Shown here: piece after piece, positions 31,056 to 41,951 of the stretch
Position numbering within the stretch: position 1 is the first letter of the stretch
Layout: each line of letters starts with the position of its first letter
Source of the DNA: Terriglobia bacterium
GTDB lineage: Bacteria; Acidobacteriota; Terriglobia; 20CM-2-55-15
Assembly: GCA_965218585.1 (NCBI GenBank)
Contig: CBDCLE010000026.1
Span: forward strand, 224,001-288,000
Direction: 5' to 3'
DNA: 64,000 nt
Notes under the pieces: generated by a model
What the model saw: only the letters and a program-made list of their open reading frames with translations
Databases searched by the model: none
Told to the model about the DNA's origin: nothing
Program-made: the position numbers and the translations under genes

Positions 31056-34000
31056 GAGCCTGCGCCGTAGGACGATTTTCGACTCGGCGAATTTCGCGAT
31101 ATGGCGATTGATCGGTATCGGTGACCGGGGAATGGGCGTTTTGGACGACGAGGCGCCGATGGGTGCGCCACGGGTGCTTGAATCGACCCTCGTTCGGCCT
31201 GATTTGCGGGCGGTATCCCTGTCATCAGGCTGCCTGAAGCCCCTGCATCCGCTTGACGTTCAATGCCAGACACACCAAGTTCCACTCGCCCTGGACCTTG
31301 TTCAGGCCGCGCAGGCTGAATCGGCGGGAGTAACGTAAAAGTTGTGTTTCGTGATTTCCAGTTGAGAGAGAATGATAGATTCGTCGTCCGGGCTGTGGGA
31401 ACTGTGCGGACGCCGGAGGTGTTCCAAGGGCCTGTGGAAATCATCAAGAAGAAGCCGCCGAAGGCGACCGATTCCCCCGATTTCCATAGGCCCGGCAGTT
31501 TCCACAGCCCCCGTCGCCCGCTGAAATTGAAGCGGGCTCCAGTTCACGCTGGAGCCCTAGACCTGAGTCATCAGTTATTCAGTTATGGAGTTGAACCCAA
31601 TGTCTACAGATCCGAATGAAAGCGTACCATCAGAACAGATTTCTGAATCCACAAAAACACAGATCCAGACCCTGCTGGCCTCCGGGCTGGCCGATCTGAG
31701 CCTGCGCGAGGTACTGGGGACCCTGTTGTCGGGCCTCAGTGTGGCCGAACGGGACCTGCATCTTGAACACCGCCCCGACGACCGTCCCAATGGTTTTTAC
31801 GATCGCTCCCTCCAAGTGGGCAGCGTTCCGATCGATATCCGTGTCCCTCGAACCCGTAACGGGGATTTCCGTCCCGCGAACCTACCATCCCCGTATCAGC
31901 GCGGCTACCCTGAAGAAGTCGAGTCCATCTTGCTGGGACTGCTGGCCTCATCCCGTTCGGTCAATGCGGCCCGGGAGGCGCTTCAGAAGATGGGCCTGTC
32001 CGGGTCCCAACAGGATCTGGAACGGGTGGCGTCGGGCCTGATCGAAGAACTCGATCTTGGCAACAGCCGGCCACTGGACACGGATCTGCTGGCCCTATTC
32101 GTGGATGGCAAGTACGTCGAACTCCGCGACGGCGACCGGCTGCGTCCGGCCTGTATCTACCTGGTGGTGGGTCTAGGCCGCGACGGCAAGAAGCGTGTCC
32201 TGGCCTGCATTGCCAAACCCGGCCGCGAGAATCTCGAAGACTGGAAGGGGGTTCTCCGCTCTCTGATCGAGCGCGGTCTCCGACGCGTCATGATCTTCGT
32301 CCAGGACGATTTCTCCGGCCTTCTCAAGGTCAGCGAAGGCTTCTTTCCCAATGCTGATATCCAGCTCTGTACCGTCCACATGCAGCGCAATGCTAAGAGC
32401 CATCTCTCCAAATCCGACGCCGCCGAGTTTCAGCAACGCTTCCGTGCCATCAAGTCCTCCTGGTGTGAGGATGTCGGCAACCAAGGGTTCGAGGAACTCT
32501 GTGACCGCTTCGCCCAGCACTATCCCTCCTGGATCGCGGGGCTCCGCAAGAAACGGACTCACTATCTCGCCTTCCTCAAGTATCCCGACCTCATGCGCAA
32601 ATCGTTTTCCACCACCAACCTCGTCGAGGCCGTCAACGGACAACTGGAAATTATGCGCCGCAATTCGGGCGGCTACTTTCACTCCGAAGACACCCTCAAG
32701 TTCAAACTCGGCTTGGCCGTCTCTCACCTCCACAACGGCCGTTGGAAATCTCCGGCCACTTCCATCCATTCCGCTCTTCATCAGCTCAACGCCATGTTCC
32801 AATCCCGCTTTGAGGAGGACTTATGATCCCCTCCTCAAACACAACTTTCTTGACAAGAGCCGAATCGGCGGAAGCCGAGCACCTCCTTGATCCACCCGTT
32901 GGGCGCCTCCGACAGCCATTTGCGCTGGGCGTACTGCACCCGTCCCGCCTCCATCGACAGCTTCTCGGCCATGCGGGCCTTCGCCGGATGCCTGGCGGCG
33001 TCTACCGCGACCGCGCGCCGGCCCTCCCGGCCCAAGGCCACATAGCCGTCCACGCCGCGCGCCTCCAGCGCCTCCAGGTCGTCCTCGTTGCAGTAGCCCG
33101 CATCCGCCAGCACCGTCTCGGGCCGTTCCCCATGGGTGGCCTCCACCTCGTCCACCAACGGGACCAGCCGACCCTGGTCGCTGGCGTTCGACGACACCTC
33201 GGTGGCGACGATCAACTGCTTCTCTCCCTCCACCGCCACCTGCGCGTTGTAGCACTGCTGAAAACCCTCCGATGAGGTCTTCATGATCCGGCTTTCGGGA
33301 TCGGTGAAGTTGTCCTGCGCCTTCTCGTCCGGCTCGCCGTATTCCCGCTTGTAGGGCCGCCCGCTCTTCCGGTTGCGCTTCGAACCGGGCTCGCGTCCCC
33401 GCGCCTCGTCGGCCTCCCGTTGCCTGGCCTCCAATCGCGCCCTGGCCGCCCGGATCGCCGCCAGCCGATCCTCCCGGCGGCGCAACTCCTCGGGTAACTC
33501 ATCGCCGCGATGCGCCTCCCCGAAACGCGCGTCCTCCGCCGCATCGGTCTCCCGCGCGCGCGACAGCAACGCTTCGATCTCGCCCTCCAGGCGCCGCTCC
33601 TCCTCCTGCATCCGACCGTAACTCATCGCCTTGCGCTTGCTGGCATTGGCTCGAACCTTCGTCCCGTCGATCGACAACTTGCCGAAGTTCCCAACCCCGG
33701 TCTCGCGCGCCAGACCGACCACCTCCACAAACAGCGCCTTGAAATCCGACAAATGACGCCGGCGAAACTCGCAAATCGTCCGATGGCTCGGAAAATTCCC
33801 CGCCGCCAACACCCGAAATGCCACGTCCTCCTCCAGCTTCCGCGCCAGCCCTCGGGACGAAAACACCCCCGTCGCGTACCCGTAGATCAGCACCTTCGCC
33901 ATCATCCGCGGCTCATACGGCGACTTGCGACGACCGTCCCCCTCGTAAGGCGCGTAAAACGCCGTCAAGTCCAATCCGTCCACCAGATCGCTCACATGGT

Positions 34001-34149
34001 GTGCCAAGTGCCCCTCCGGCAACCAATCCCGTATATCCGGCGCCAGCAGCAACCCCTGCTCCGGCTGGTACGGGCGAAACGTCGTCGGCATCGCATTCTC
34101 CTCCTAACTGCGACACTATTATCTCATTCACTTCCTACGGCGCAGGCTC
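31056..34149 (-). mobile_element. IS1182-family element; transposase (34091 to 31225) interrupted by IS256
   Basis: IRs GAGCCTGCGCCGTAGGA / TCCTACGGCGCAGGCTC; CTAG TSD; IDGTKVRANAS, TDPESRIM, LADAGY; tail FSLRGLNKVQGEWNLVCLALN beyond the IS256. Confidence 0.93.
31326..32861 (+). mobile_element. Third IS256 type (transposase 31585-32826)
   Basis: 8-bp TSD GAATCGGC; IRs ..AAAGTTGTGTTT; RVPRTRNGDF, FVDGKY, QLCTVHMQRN, TTNLVEAVN. Confidence 0.93.
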
Positions 34150-34268
34150 CTAGGCAGCGCACTGCGCGACATTGCCCATACCGATCAGATGTCCCCCTTT
34201 GCCTCCGCGGGCAGCGACTCGGTTGAAGGCCGCCTGAAGCGCAAGGGTGCGCGCGCGGTGATTCTGTT

Positions 34269-34868
34269 TCACGGGTCTGGCCTAGTCCAGATACATTTCA
34301 TGAAGTTGAACCGCTCTTTATCGGTTGGATCTCGGAACGCATACCTCGGATCTTCCTGTTCGTCTGGCGTCGTCCACGGCAAGTGATATCCGAGCCACAC
34401 CGTTTCGAACGGATCCATATCTAAGCTTGGGAAGCTCTCTAGTAGCTCTCGTATGCATCTTTCGGCTTCGACCCTCGTGCTACGAGTCGTCAACGGGCTG
34501 AGTAGCAAAACTAGCAGGTGCCCTGGCCCCCGTCGCTGTACTAGCTCCAGGTATTTTTTGCGCTTCCCTTGGACTCGCTTTCGGGCTTTGGTTGCCAAGA
34601 CAGCGTCGGGTTCCCAATATCCTCCTCCTTCTCTATTTCCAGGCCTGGCTCCCCACAACCACTTAGCTTCATTAGAGTTGTAGTAAGCGCCTGTCACTTC
34701 GCCCCAAACCGTCACTTCGGTTCCATCGCGTCCTCGGATGTGGAAGTTGACATCAGGTGGGTCTTCATCGGGCCGACTCCACTGGACCTGCGCGTTGATA
34801 TGCTGCCCCAAGGGAATAGCCCAGCACATTCCCCAGTAATCCTCATGTTGACGTTGCTGTTTGGACAT
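34269..34868 (-). CDS. Hypothetical protein, possible PD-(D/E)xK-like fold
   Basis: 199-aa ORF with DPPD...WGEVT spacing. Confidence 0.55.
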   Translation of the reverse strand: MSKQQRQHEDYWGMCWAIPLGQHINAQVQWSRPDEDPPDVNFHIRGRDGTEVTVWGEVTGAYYNSNEAKWLWGARPGNREGGGYWEPDAVLATKARKRVQGKRKKYLELVQRRGPGHLLVLLLSPLTTRSTRVEAERCIRELLESFPSLDMDPFETVWLGYHLPWTTPDEQEDPRYAFRDPTDKERFNFMKCIWTRPDP

Positions 34869-35050
34869 TCGTAATGCTAGATCCCCTAGATCCCGACGAT
34901 GGACGGCGCCTCAGCAAGAAGTGAAGACATCGGGAAGACCGTCGAAATAGACCGAGAGACAGAACACTCGTGCCTGGGCGGCGTCGGTGGTGTGGAGGAC
35001 GAAGCTGGCATAGGCCTTGGCCCGAATGGACGCGGTGCAATAGTGCCTAG

Positions 35051-35160
35051 GAGCCTGTCGGGAATAAGAAGTCTGCGAGCAAGAATCAACAACTTGCGAG
35101 CTATCCTTGGTCTATAAGTTGTTGATTCTTGGTTCGAGGGAGCCAATTCCCGACAGGCTC
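35051..35160. mobile_element. 110-bp MITE with IS5/IS1182-like ends
   Basis: GAGCCTGTCGGGAAT / ATTCCCGACAGGCTC IRs, CTAG TSD, internal IR AAGAATCAACAACTT / AAGTTGTTGATTCTT. Confidence 0.85.
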
Positions 35161-35161
35161 C

Positions 35162-36100
35162 TAGTACTACTATGTTACAAACGAAGCGGTCCACAGAACG
35201 GACAACGAGGAAGCTGCTGAATCAGGAAGCGGGCGATGCGAATGCGAAGCGTGGCAATCGAGCAGGGGTTATGTCGTTCGGGCCGGATCCGGGGTTCCGC
35301 GGGGTTTGAAGTGTTTGGGGAGTTTGGGGACGGATAGTCCAACATGCTCGACAAATGCAGAGGGGGAAAAACGGCTCCGCTCGGCGACCAGGAACCCATA
35401 AGAGGCTTGTAGTTGTTGCCGTAGGCCGTATCGCCCAGAACCGGTGCCGGAGCAATGCCGTCATCGACGGCCTGCCGGATTTGTTCCAAAGCAATTTGAG
35501 GTTTAGTTTGAAATCGAACGTCTTCGGGAATAGCGGCTTTGCTTCGACGTTCCGGATCCTTCGCCCAGGTCTCGGGGAGGTAGAGTCGCCATGCCACCGG
35601 CAAGCTGGATTTCGCTGTCGCCACCGACAGGCTCACCGCCACCCGGCAGTTCTCAGGTTTGCCGACCTGTCCACAGTATTGCCGGGCCACACCCACCGAG
35701 TGGGTCCCCTTTTTCACGAATCCGGTGTCGTCGACAATCCAGGCTTCAATCGGACCGTTGGCTTCCATCGCCCCCAGCGCGTACTGTCGAACTTCTGCCA
35801 ACAGAGCCGCATCGTCCCAGGGCGCATCCGCGACCAGATGATGTAGCGACTGGTGCATTCGGCGTACATTATCCGGAGCCAATCGTGCAGCCATCGGCTC
35901 CACACTCTTACGTTTGATCGGCAGCAACAACCCGGTGCAGTACGACTTCAACGGTTCATGACGATCGGCGTGTCCTGCGGCCGACGCCAGGCGTTCCAAA
36001 TAGGCCGCAAAACGTTTTTCCTGAGTGCCTGGCGCCTTCGATTTGGCGCTCATGACCGGATGCTAACATAAAATAGACCGTTTGTAACATAGTAGTACTA
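35162..36100 (-). mobile_element. IS701-family element, internally deleted (transposase remnant 35175-36053)
   Basis: 22-bp IRs TAGTACTACTATGTTACAAACG; RKSVEPMAA, VDDTGFVKKG.HSVGVARQYCG; only about 940 bp, similarity lost after DTAYGN. Confidence 0.88.
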
Positions 36101-36337
36101 CCCGCACGATGCGAAACAAAAGAACGGTCTCTGTCTACCATCTCTTCATTCACCACCTTTCCACTTCATAGGATAAGGCTAATGTTTCTCACCGCACCAG
36201 TGCTGAAAGTAATGCGTATACTCCCATTGTATTCCGCCCTCGCTGAATTGTGGTTTCCACCTGCACCTTTTTCCTATCTTGAAGACTTCGGTCCAATTAT
36301 CCCAATAGAGTCACGGCTTTACTCCCGCTACGAGCTG

Positions 36338-37456
36338 CTAAGCATCGTCCCAAACCTTACGCGCCGTCTCGACGACGAGTTCGAGCTTGGCCCATTGTTC
36401 ATCTTCGGTGAGCAGGTTCCCTTCTTTCATCGACGCAAAGCCGCATTGGGTACTGAGCGCAAGGTTATCGAGCGGCACATACCGGGACGCCTCTTTGATT
36501 CTGCCAACGATCTGATCCTGAGATTCGGGTTCGGCCAGCTTGCTGCTGATCAATCCCAGGACAACGATCTTGTCGTCGGGAACAAACCTCAGGGGTTCAA
36601 ACGTCCCTGAGCGTTCCGTTTCATACTCGAGCAGAAAGACATCGACGTTGAGTTCGTTGAAGAGCTTTTCGGCGATCGGGTCATATCCCCCTTCGGCATA
36701 CCATTCGCTGCGGTTGTTTCCCCGGCACAGGTGAATGGCAAGGGTCACCCCCTCCTGCTTCGCGCCTTCCAGACACGCGTTGTCGACCTTGATGGCTTCA
36801 TCGAGGGCTTTATCCGGATCGACACCCATCGTATCCCGAATGTATTGGCGCCACCTGGGATCGATGTAATAGCTGTAGCGCGGCGCGTCGATCTGGATAT
36901 ATCGGACACCTTCGTCAACCAGCGCCCGGATCTCGGACTTGAATATAGGAACGATGTCCCAAAGAAAGTCAGAATAGGTTGGATAGACCGCGTCGCTGAT
37001 TCCCTTCTTGTACATGATCGCTGGGAACTGATTGGCTGTGGGGAGCGTCATCTTGATATCGCCGGGACTATGTTCTTTCAGAAAATCCAATTCGTCCTTC
37101 GTCAGGCGTTTTGTCTGTTTGATTGGCTCGACAACAACTCCGAAGAGAGGGACGGCTGAAGAACTACTCTCTTTTTCACTGTCCTGTTCCCGCTCCCACT
37201 TCCGGTCGACATTGCCTTCCTTGTCCAGACCCTGGACTGAATCATAAAAATCACCCATGAACCCGCTACGGCGAAATTCACCATCGGTAAAGATCTTTAG
37301 ACCAAGATCCTTTTGGCGTTCAAGAACTCGAAGAATATGCCGGTCCTCCAGCTCCTTAACTTGTTCAGCGCTGGCACCGGAATCGTTCAACGCATTCAAG
37401 AGTTCCTGGGGACGTAGGAAGCTCCCCACCTGATCCGCACGATATTTGAAAGCCAT
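36338..37456 (-). CDS. Cobalamin-independent methionine synthase II family protein
   Basis: RADQVGSFLRP, TDGEFRR, HLCRGN, FLLEY, LSTQCGFAS. Confidence 0.92.
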   Translation of the reverse strand: MAFKYRADQVGSFLRPQELLNALNDSGASAEQVKELEDRHILRVLERQKDLGLKIFTDGEFRRSGFMGDFYDSVQGLDKEGNVDRKWEREQDSEKESSSSAVPLFGVVVEPIKQTKRLTKDELDFLKEHSPGDIKMTLPTANQFPAIMYKKGISDAVYPTYSDFLWDIVPIFKSEIRALVDEGVRYIQIDAPRYSYYIDPRWRQYIRDTMGVDPDKALDEAIKVDNACLEGAKQEGVTLAIHLCRGNNRSEWYAEGGYDPIAEKLFNELNVDVFLLEYETERSGTFEPLRFVPDDKIVVLGLISSKLAEPESQDQIVGRIKEASRYVPLDNLALSTQCGFASMKEGNLLTEDEQWAKLELVVETARKVWDDA

Positions 37457-37485
37457 ATTCTTCCTTCCTTATCGCGAGACGAGAT

Positions 37486-37541
37486 CTGTAGGTGCGCTCT
37501 GTGAGCGCACAATAACGGGCGGTCACAGACCGCCCCTACAG
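37486..37541. repeat. GTAG-type REP doublet
   Basis: CTGTAGGTGCGCTCTGTGAGCGCAC...GGGCGGTCACAGACCGCCCCTACAG. Confidence 0.7.
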
Positions 37542-37709
37542 TTCGAACTTTTTCAAACTGACAGTTTCATCTGTGTCTTGGCGACAGATGGGAGGTTCCG
37601 ATGTTACTATTACTGCGGTCTGATTGGCAGCCTGGGTTGACCCCGGTCACTATCTGAACACGCTATCATCTAGAAAAGATTTTCTTCATCCAGTGAGCTA
37701 GGAAAACGA

Positions 37710-38546
37710 ATGCAAGACTCCGGGCAAGTTCGCCCACATCCGTGGACGCAACGATGGTACGAATCCAGGAACGGCGACGTTTCAGTTTTCGTCTACATTG
37801 TGATGATCCATTCGCTGGCAGCCCTGGGCCTGGTTTTGTTCCCGCTGCCCGGTTGGCCGATCTTTTTGACCGCACTGGCGATGACCGGTCTTGGAGGCTG
37901 GGGCACGACTGTCGCATATCACCGCGCCTTGTCTCATCGCGCCCTCAAGCTGAACCCCGTCGTCGAGCAATTGCTCATCTTCTTCGCCGTGTTCAACGGT
38001 TCCGGCGTACCCGCGACGTGGGTCGCCAACCACAGGAATCACCACGCGAACTCCGACACTCTGGATGACGTATCCAGCCCCCGCTACGGAGGTTTCTGGT
38101 GGGCCCACCTGAGGTGTCTTTACCAGCTGCCGCAATCCAGTCTGGATCGTTGGTGCCCGGACCTGTTGGGCAGGCGGTATAGCTTCTGGCAACGAATTCA
38201 GATTCCCATGGTGGCAATGTCGCTGGTGTGCGGTTGGTTCGTCTTCGGATGGGCCGGCCTGTTCTGGCTAGGTGCGATCCGACTTACTTACGCCTTACAT
38301 CTTCAGGCCGCGGTCAACAGCATCCTTCACATGAAGAAGGGCGTGCCGATTGGTGAAGAGTCGGCGAGGAACATCTGGTGGCTGGGTCCACTGCAGCTGA
38401 CCGCATGGGGTGAGAACTGGCACGAAAACCACCACGCTTCGCCCAGTTCAGCCTCGTTCAGCCGGCGCCTGTTGCAGGTCGATATCGGCTGGTACACGAT
38501 CCGTTTCCTGGAAAGTGTCGGGCTAGCGACAGACGTCAGGCGATAA
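37710..38546 (+). CDS. Delta-9 acyl-CoA/lipid desaturase family
   Basis: His boxes YHRALSH, HRNHH, WHENHH. Confidence 0.9.
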   Translation: MQDSGQVRPHPWTQRWYESRNGDVSVFVYIVMIHSLAALGLVLFPLPGWPIFLTALAMTGLGGWGTTVAYHRALSHRALKLNPVVEQLLIFFAVFNGSGVPATWVANHRNHHANSDTLDDVSSPRYGGFWWAHLRCLYQLPQSSLDRWCPDLLGRRYSFWQRIQIPMVAMSLVCGWFVFGWAGLFWLGAIRLTYALHLQAAVNSILHMKKGVPIGEESARNIWWLGPLQLTAWGENWHENHHASPSSASFSRRLLQVDIGWYTIRFLESVGLATDVRR

Positions 38547-38590
38547 AAAGCCGCCCACCCCTCCGCTCTCTCCAGTTTTCCATGATCAGG

Positions 38591-38613
38591 AAGTGCGGTC
38601 ATAGACCGCACTT
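38591..38613. repeat. Single REP-like palindrome between convergent genes
   Basis: AAGTGCGGTCATAGACCGCACTT, same core as the repeats at 37486 and 56835. Confidence 0.6.
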
Positions 38614-38617
38614 GCAA

Positions 38618-39694
38618 TCACTCTGCCCCGTCCAGGAGGTCGTAAATTCGCTGAACAGCCAGGGCATCGGCACCTACGCCCTGTATCTGGGGATAGGCAT
38701 CGCTGTGGACAGTGAGGTCCACCATGGACGCTGCTTCGGTCGCTGACCTACCCTGGGCATGGAGTTGGTTGGTCTGGGTCCAGAGGTCTGCCAGATACGA
38801 CTTGAATGAGTCGATCGGTTCTTTCTCGGTAAAGGCCGCCCCATGTCCAGGCAGGACCGTGTCGAACTCCAGTCGAGACACGCCGTCCAGGGTTTCGACC
38901 CAATCGTTCACGTAAGCATCGCCCATGAACGCGAGTCCGTTGACCAACAGATCGCCCGTGCACAGAATGCCTTCTGCCGGAAGGTAGACCAGGACATCGC
39001 CGCCCGTGTGGCCCCGCCCGAGGAACAGCAACTGGATCTCCCGGTCTCCCGAAAAGATCGTCATTTTCTGGTCCAGCGTCAAGTTCGGCGGCGTGGGCGT
39101 CACCTCTGCCAACGCGTCGCGGTAATTTTCCAGAACAAACAATTGTTCTTCCAGGTCGGCACGGTCGGCTTCTGCAGCGGCGGCGACATCGGCTTGCAGC
39201 TGTTCGATCTGTCCCGGAATGCCTGAAGTGAAATTCTGGAAAGTGCGCGCCTCCAGGGGATTGCCTTCCAGGATTTCCCTTGTGTACCGGTGACCAATCA
39301 CCTCCACGTCTTCGCCAAATACCTGATTTCCGTCAGCGTGATCGAAGTGGTAATGGGTGTTCACGACATAGCGTATCGGTAGGTCGGTCACGGTGCGAAG
39401 TTCTTCCTGAAGCACGAATGCAGCAGCCGGAGTGATATGCGAATCGACCAGCATGACGTCCTCTTCATTAACAATGGCAACTGAATTGGAGCCAACGCTC
39501 AGCGACCCCGTGCCCACAATATGGTAGACACCATCGGTGATCTCGTTGAACTGAAATGCCGGCCCGTTGTGCAATGTCCCGGCAGGCATAGCACTCCCCG
39601 CCGCATCGGTCCCAGAAGTCACAGGTTCGCCGGGCGCACATGCGTACAACCCCATCAGGAGTAACGGGAGTAAGAAACGGAATCGATCGATCAC
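38618..39694 (-). CDS. MBL-fold metallo-hydrolase lipoprotein
   Basis: LYAC lipobox; THYHFDHADG, GHTGGD, TGDL, PGHG. Confidence 0.9.
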   Translation of the reverse strand: MIDRFRFLLPLLLMGLYACAPGEPVTSGTDAAGSAMPAGTLHNGPAFQFNEITDGVYHIVGTGSLSVGSNSVAIVNEEDVMLVDSHITPAAAFVLQEELRTVTDLPIRYVVNTHYHFDHADGNQVFGEDVEVIGHRYTREILEGNPLEARTFQNFTSGIPGQIEQLQADVAAAAEADRADLEEQLFVLENYRDALAEVTPTPPNLTLDQKMTIFSGDREIQLLFLGRGHTGGDVLVYLPAEGILCTGDLLVNGLAFMGDAYVNDWVETLDGVSRLEFDTVLPGHGAAFTEKEPIDSFKSYLADLWTQTNQLHAQGRSATEAASMVDLTVHSDAYPQIQGVGADALAVQRIYDLLDGAE

Positions 39695-39819
39695 GACAAC
39701 CTCCTCAGAATGGTCGACATTATATAGCGTCGTTTCCGCGCGGGCATCTTTTGTTGACGTGTCGGGTTTGGTGGGCTCGGATTCTCGGAAAGGCTCGCGA
39801 TTGAGGGAGGGGTGATGGT

Positions 39820-39925
39820 GGGAAAAGAGCCGGAAATTATGGAGGCCCGCCGCTTCTTAAGGGTGAACGCTCATGTCCGTTGCGACGGGCCACCTGGAGG
39901 AGGTACCTATCTACTCCTGTTACTG
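39820..39925 (-). ncRNA. Candidate small RNA; boundaries approximate
   Basis: CCTCCTCC motif and GGCCCGTCGC / GCGGCGGGCC stem downstream of an ECF-like promoter. Confidence 0.35.
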
Positions 39926-39931
39926 AATCAA

Positions 39932-39958
39932 TACGGAGGAAAGGCTGCAGAAGTTACA
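39932..39958 (-). promoter_or_regulatory. Candidate ECF sigma promoter
   Basis: TGTAAC-N17-CGTA on the minus strand. Confidence 0.4.
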
Positions 39959-40266
39959 CAAAATTAACGAAAAAAGGCGCTTGCTTCACCTCAGCTGCCC
40001 GAAATCCCCGTTAATACCCTTGTTTCTTCAATTTACAGCTATTCTCAGATTTCCAGCTTCACCGTTCTGTCGCCAAATCTTTCCTGGTCGACTCCAACCT
40101 TGTCGGGTGTCGAGGAGAGACTATCAGATCAAAACCGCAACCGGTGGGTGATCACATTGGCGCTACGAAAGGAAATTCGAATCATCACGCAATTCACTGC
40201 GGTTCACTGGCAAAACAGATCTGGGGCCAATCTCTGGTCGCATGTTCTTTCTGCTAGACTGCCGCC

Positions 40267-41904
40267 GTGCGGAAGATGTCGCTTAAGTGGAAAATCGTTC
40301 GGTCGGTCAGCCTTCTTCTTGTGGCCCTGATCGCGGCGACGCTCCTCTACGTGGGCTACCAGGCGGATGGTTTCGTTGACGAGCAATTGGCCTCTGAGTT
40401 GACCCGCACGGAACAGGGAATCATCCTTGCCCAGGAGCAGCGCCTGTCCGGCCTCGAACTCGTCGCAGGGCTGGTTGCAGATTTTTCCGATCTCAAGGCC
40501 CTGCTTGAAACCGACGCAGCTACGATCCGTGATTTTCTGGACTCGTATCTGTTGTCGAATCCGAATGCCGACCTGCTTGTTGTCCTCGACCCGGGGGGAA
40601 ACGTTCTTGCCCGGACCGACGCGTTGAACCTGACACCTCTTGAGGATGTGGAATCCAGGTGGATCACGCCGATTCTCTCAGGTTTGGACGCAACCGGAAC
40701 CCTGCCGACATCGGGCGGAACCTATCATGCGGCGGCACGTGCGGCTACAGCGGGTGGACTGATATTCTGCTTCGTCATTGCAGGCTCTCAGATCGATGAC
40801 GCCTTCGCAGCCAGTCTGCGGCAGAACGCCGAGGACGAGATCGTCATCCTCGGTGACGAAGTCATAGCGACAACCTTGCCCTCTGACTCGCTGCCATGGG
40901 CGAGTCGGCAGGACCTGGACGCTCCGATGGGCGTAGAACAGCCGATCGATATCGCGGGCGAACAGTACACCGCGCGGCCGGTCGCGACGGTGACCACCAA
41001 CGAAGTGGAACCGCTCGCGGTTATTCTCCGCTCCGTGGATCGCGCGATGGCGCCGTATCGCAACATTCAGGTCGGATTGCTGGTCTTGGGACTACTGACC
41101 GCCGGAGCGGGTGTGGCCGGCAGCGTCGTGTTGGCCCGCGGCATCACGGCTCCCATCGCCAAGCTCGTCGAAGGGACCCGTCAAGTCACCGACGGAAATT
41201 TTGACTACCACCTGGACATTAACAGCAAGGACGAGATCGGAGATCTTTCCGAATCGTTCAACGAGATGGTCCAGGGGCTCAGAGAGCGCAAGGACATGCA
41301 ACGGTTCGTTTCTGAATCCACCGTCGAAATGATTCAGACTCACACGGCGGGAACGAGCGAAGGCGAGCGCGTCCGGCGGACGGTCTTCTTCTCAGACATT
41401 CGCGGTTTCACGAAGATGTCGGAGGAACAACCACCCGAAGAAACGATCCGCATCCTCAACCGCTGCCTCAGCTTGCAGGCCGCACTGGTAAAGAAATACC
41501 AGGGGGACGTGGACAAATTTGTTGGTGACAGCGTTGTCGCTGTGTTCGCGGGCGAAGACATGGCCTTGAACGCGATCCGTTGTGCTGTGGAAATTCAGAA
41601 AGCTCTCGACGAGGACAACATCCGGCACCCCGATGCGCCTCCCCTGCAGGTTGGGATCGGCATCGTGACAGGCGAAATCATCATCGGAAGTATCGGGAGT
41701 TCAGACCGCCTGGACTTCACCGTTGTGGGTTCCAACGTAAACCTGTGTTCCCGCCTCTGCGGCGCTGCCGGGCCCCACGAGATTCTGCTTTCGGAAGAAA
41801 CCCACCAATTGGTCAAGGACCTGATAGCGGCCCAAAAGGAAGACCCTATCAACGTCAAGGGATTCAGCCATCCCGTACCGATATACCGGATGAGGGTCGG
41901 CTGA
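40267..41904 (+). CDS. Membrane class III adenylate/guanylate cyclase with extracytoplasmic sensor and HAMP domain
   Basis: 2 TMs; DEIGDLSESFNEM (HAMP); FSDIRGFT, DKFVGD, DFTVVGSNVNLCSRL. Confidence 0.93.
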   Translation: MRKMSLKWKIVRSVSLLLVALIAATLLYVGYQADGFVDEQLASELTRTEQGIILAQEQRLSGLELVAGLVADFSDLKALLETDAATIRDFLDSYLLSNPNADLLVVLDPGGNVLARTDALNLTPLEDVESRWITPILSGLDATGTLPTSGGTYHAAARAATAGGLIFCFVIAGSQIDDAFAASLRQNAEDEIVILGDEVIATTLPSDSLPWASRQDLDAPMGVEQPIDIAGEQYTARPVATVTTNEVEPLAVILRSVDRAMAPYRNIQVGLLVLGLLTAGAGVAGSVVLARGITAPIAKLVEGTRQVTDGNFDYHLDINSKDEIGDLSESFNEMVQGLRERKDMQRFVSESTVEMIQTHTAGTSEGERVRRTVFFSDIRGFTKMSEEQPPEETIRILNRCLSLQAALVKKYQGDVDKFVGDSVVAVFAGEDMALNAIRCAVEIQKALDEDNIRHPDAPPLQVGIGIVTGEIIIGSIGSSDRLDFTVVGSNVNLCSRLCGAAGPHEILLSEETHQLVKDLIAAQKEDPINVKGFSHPVPIYRMRVG

Positions 41905-41951
41905 GTGTCCGACAAACTGTGCCAGAAGTCCGAAAGTCGGTTGGCTGGCTG

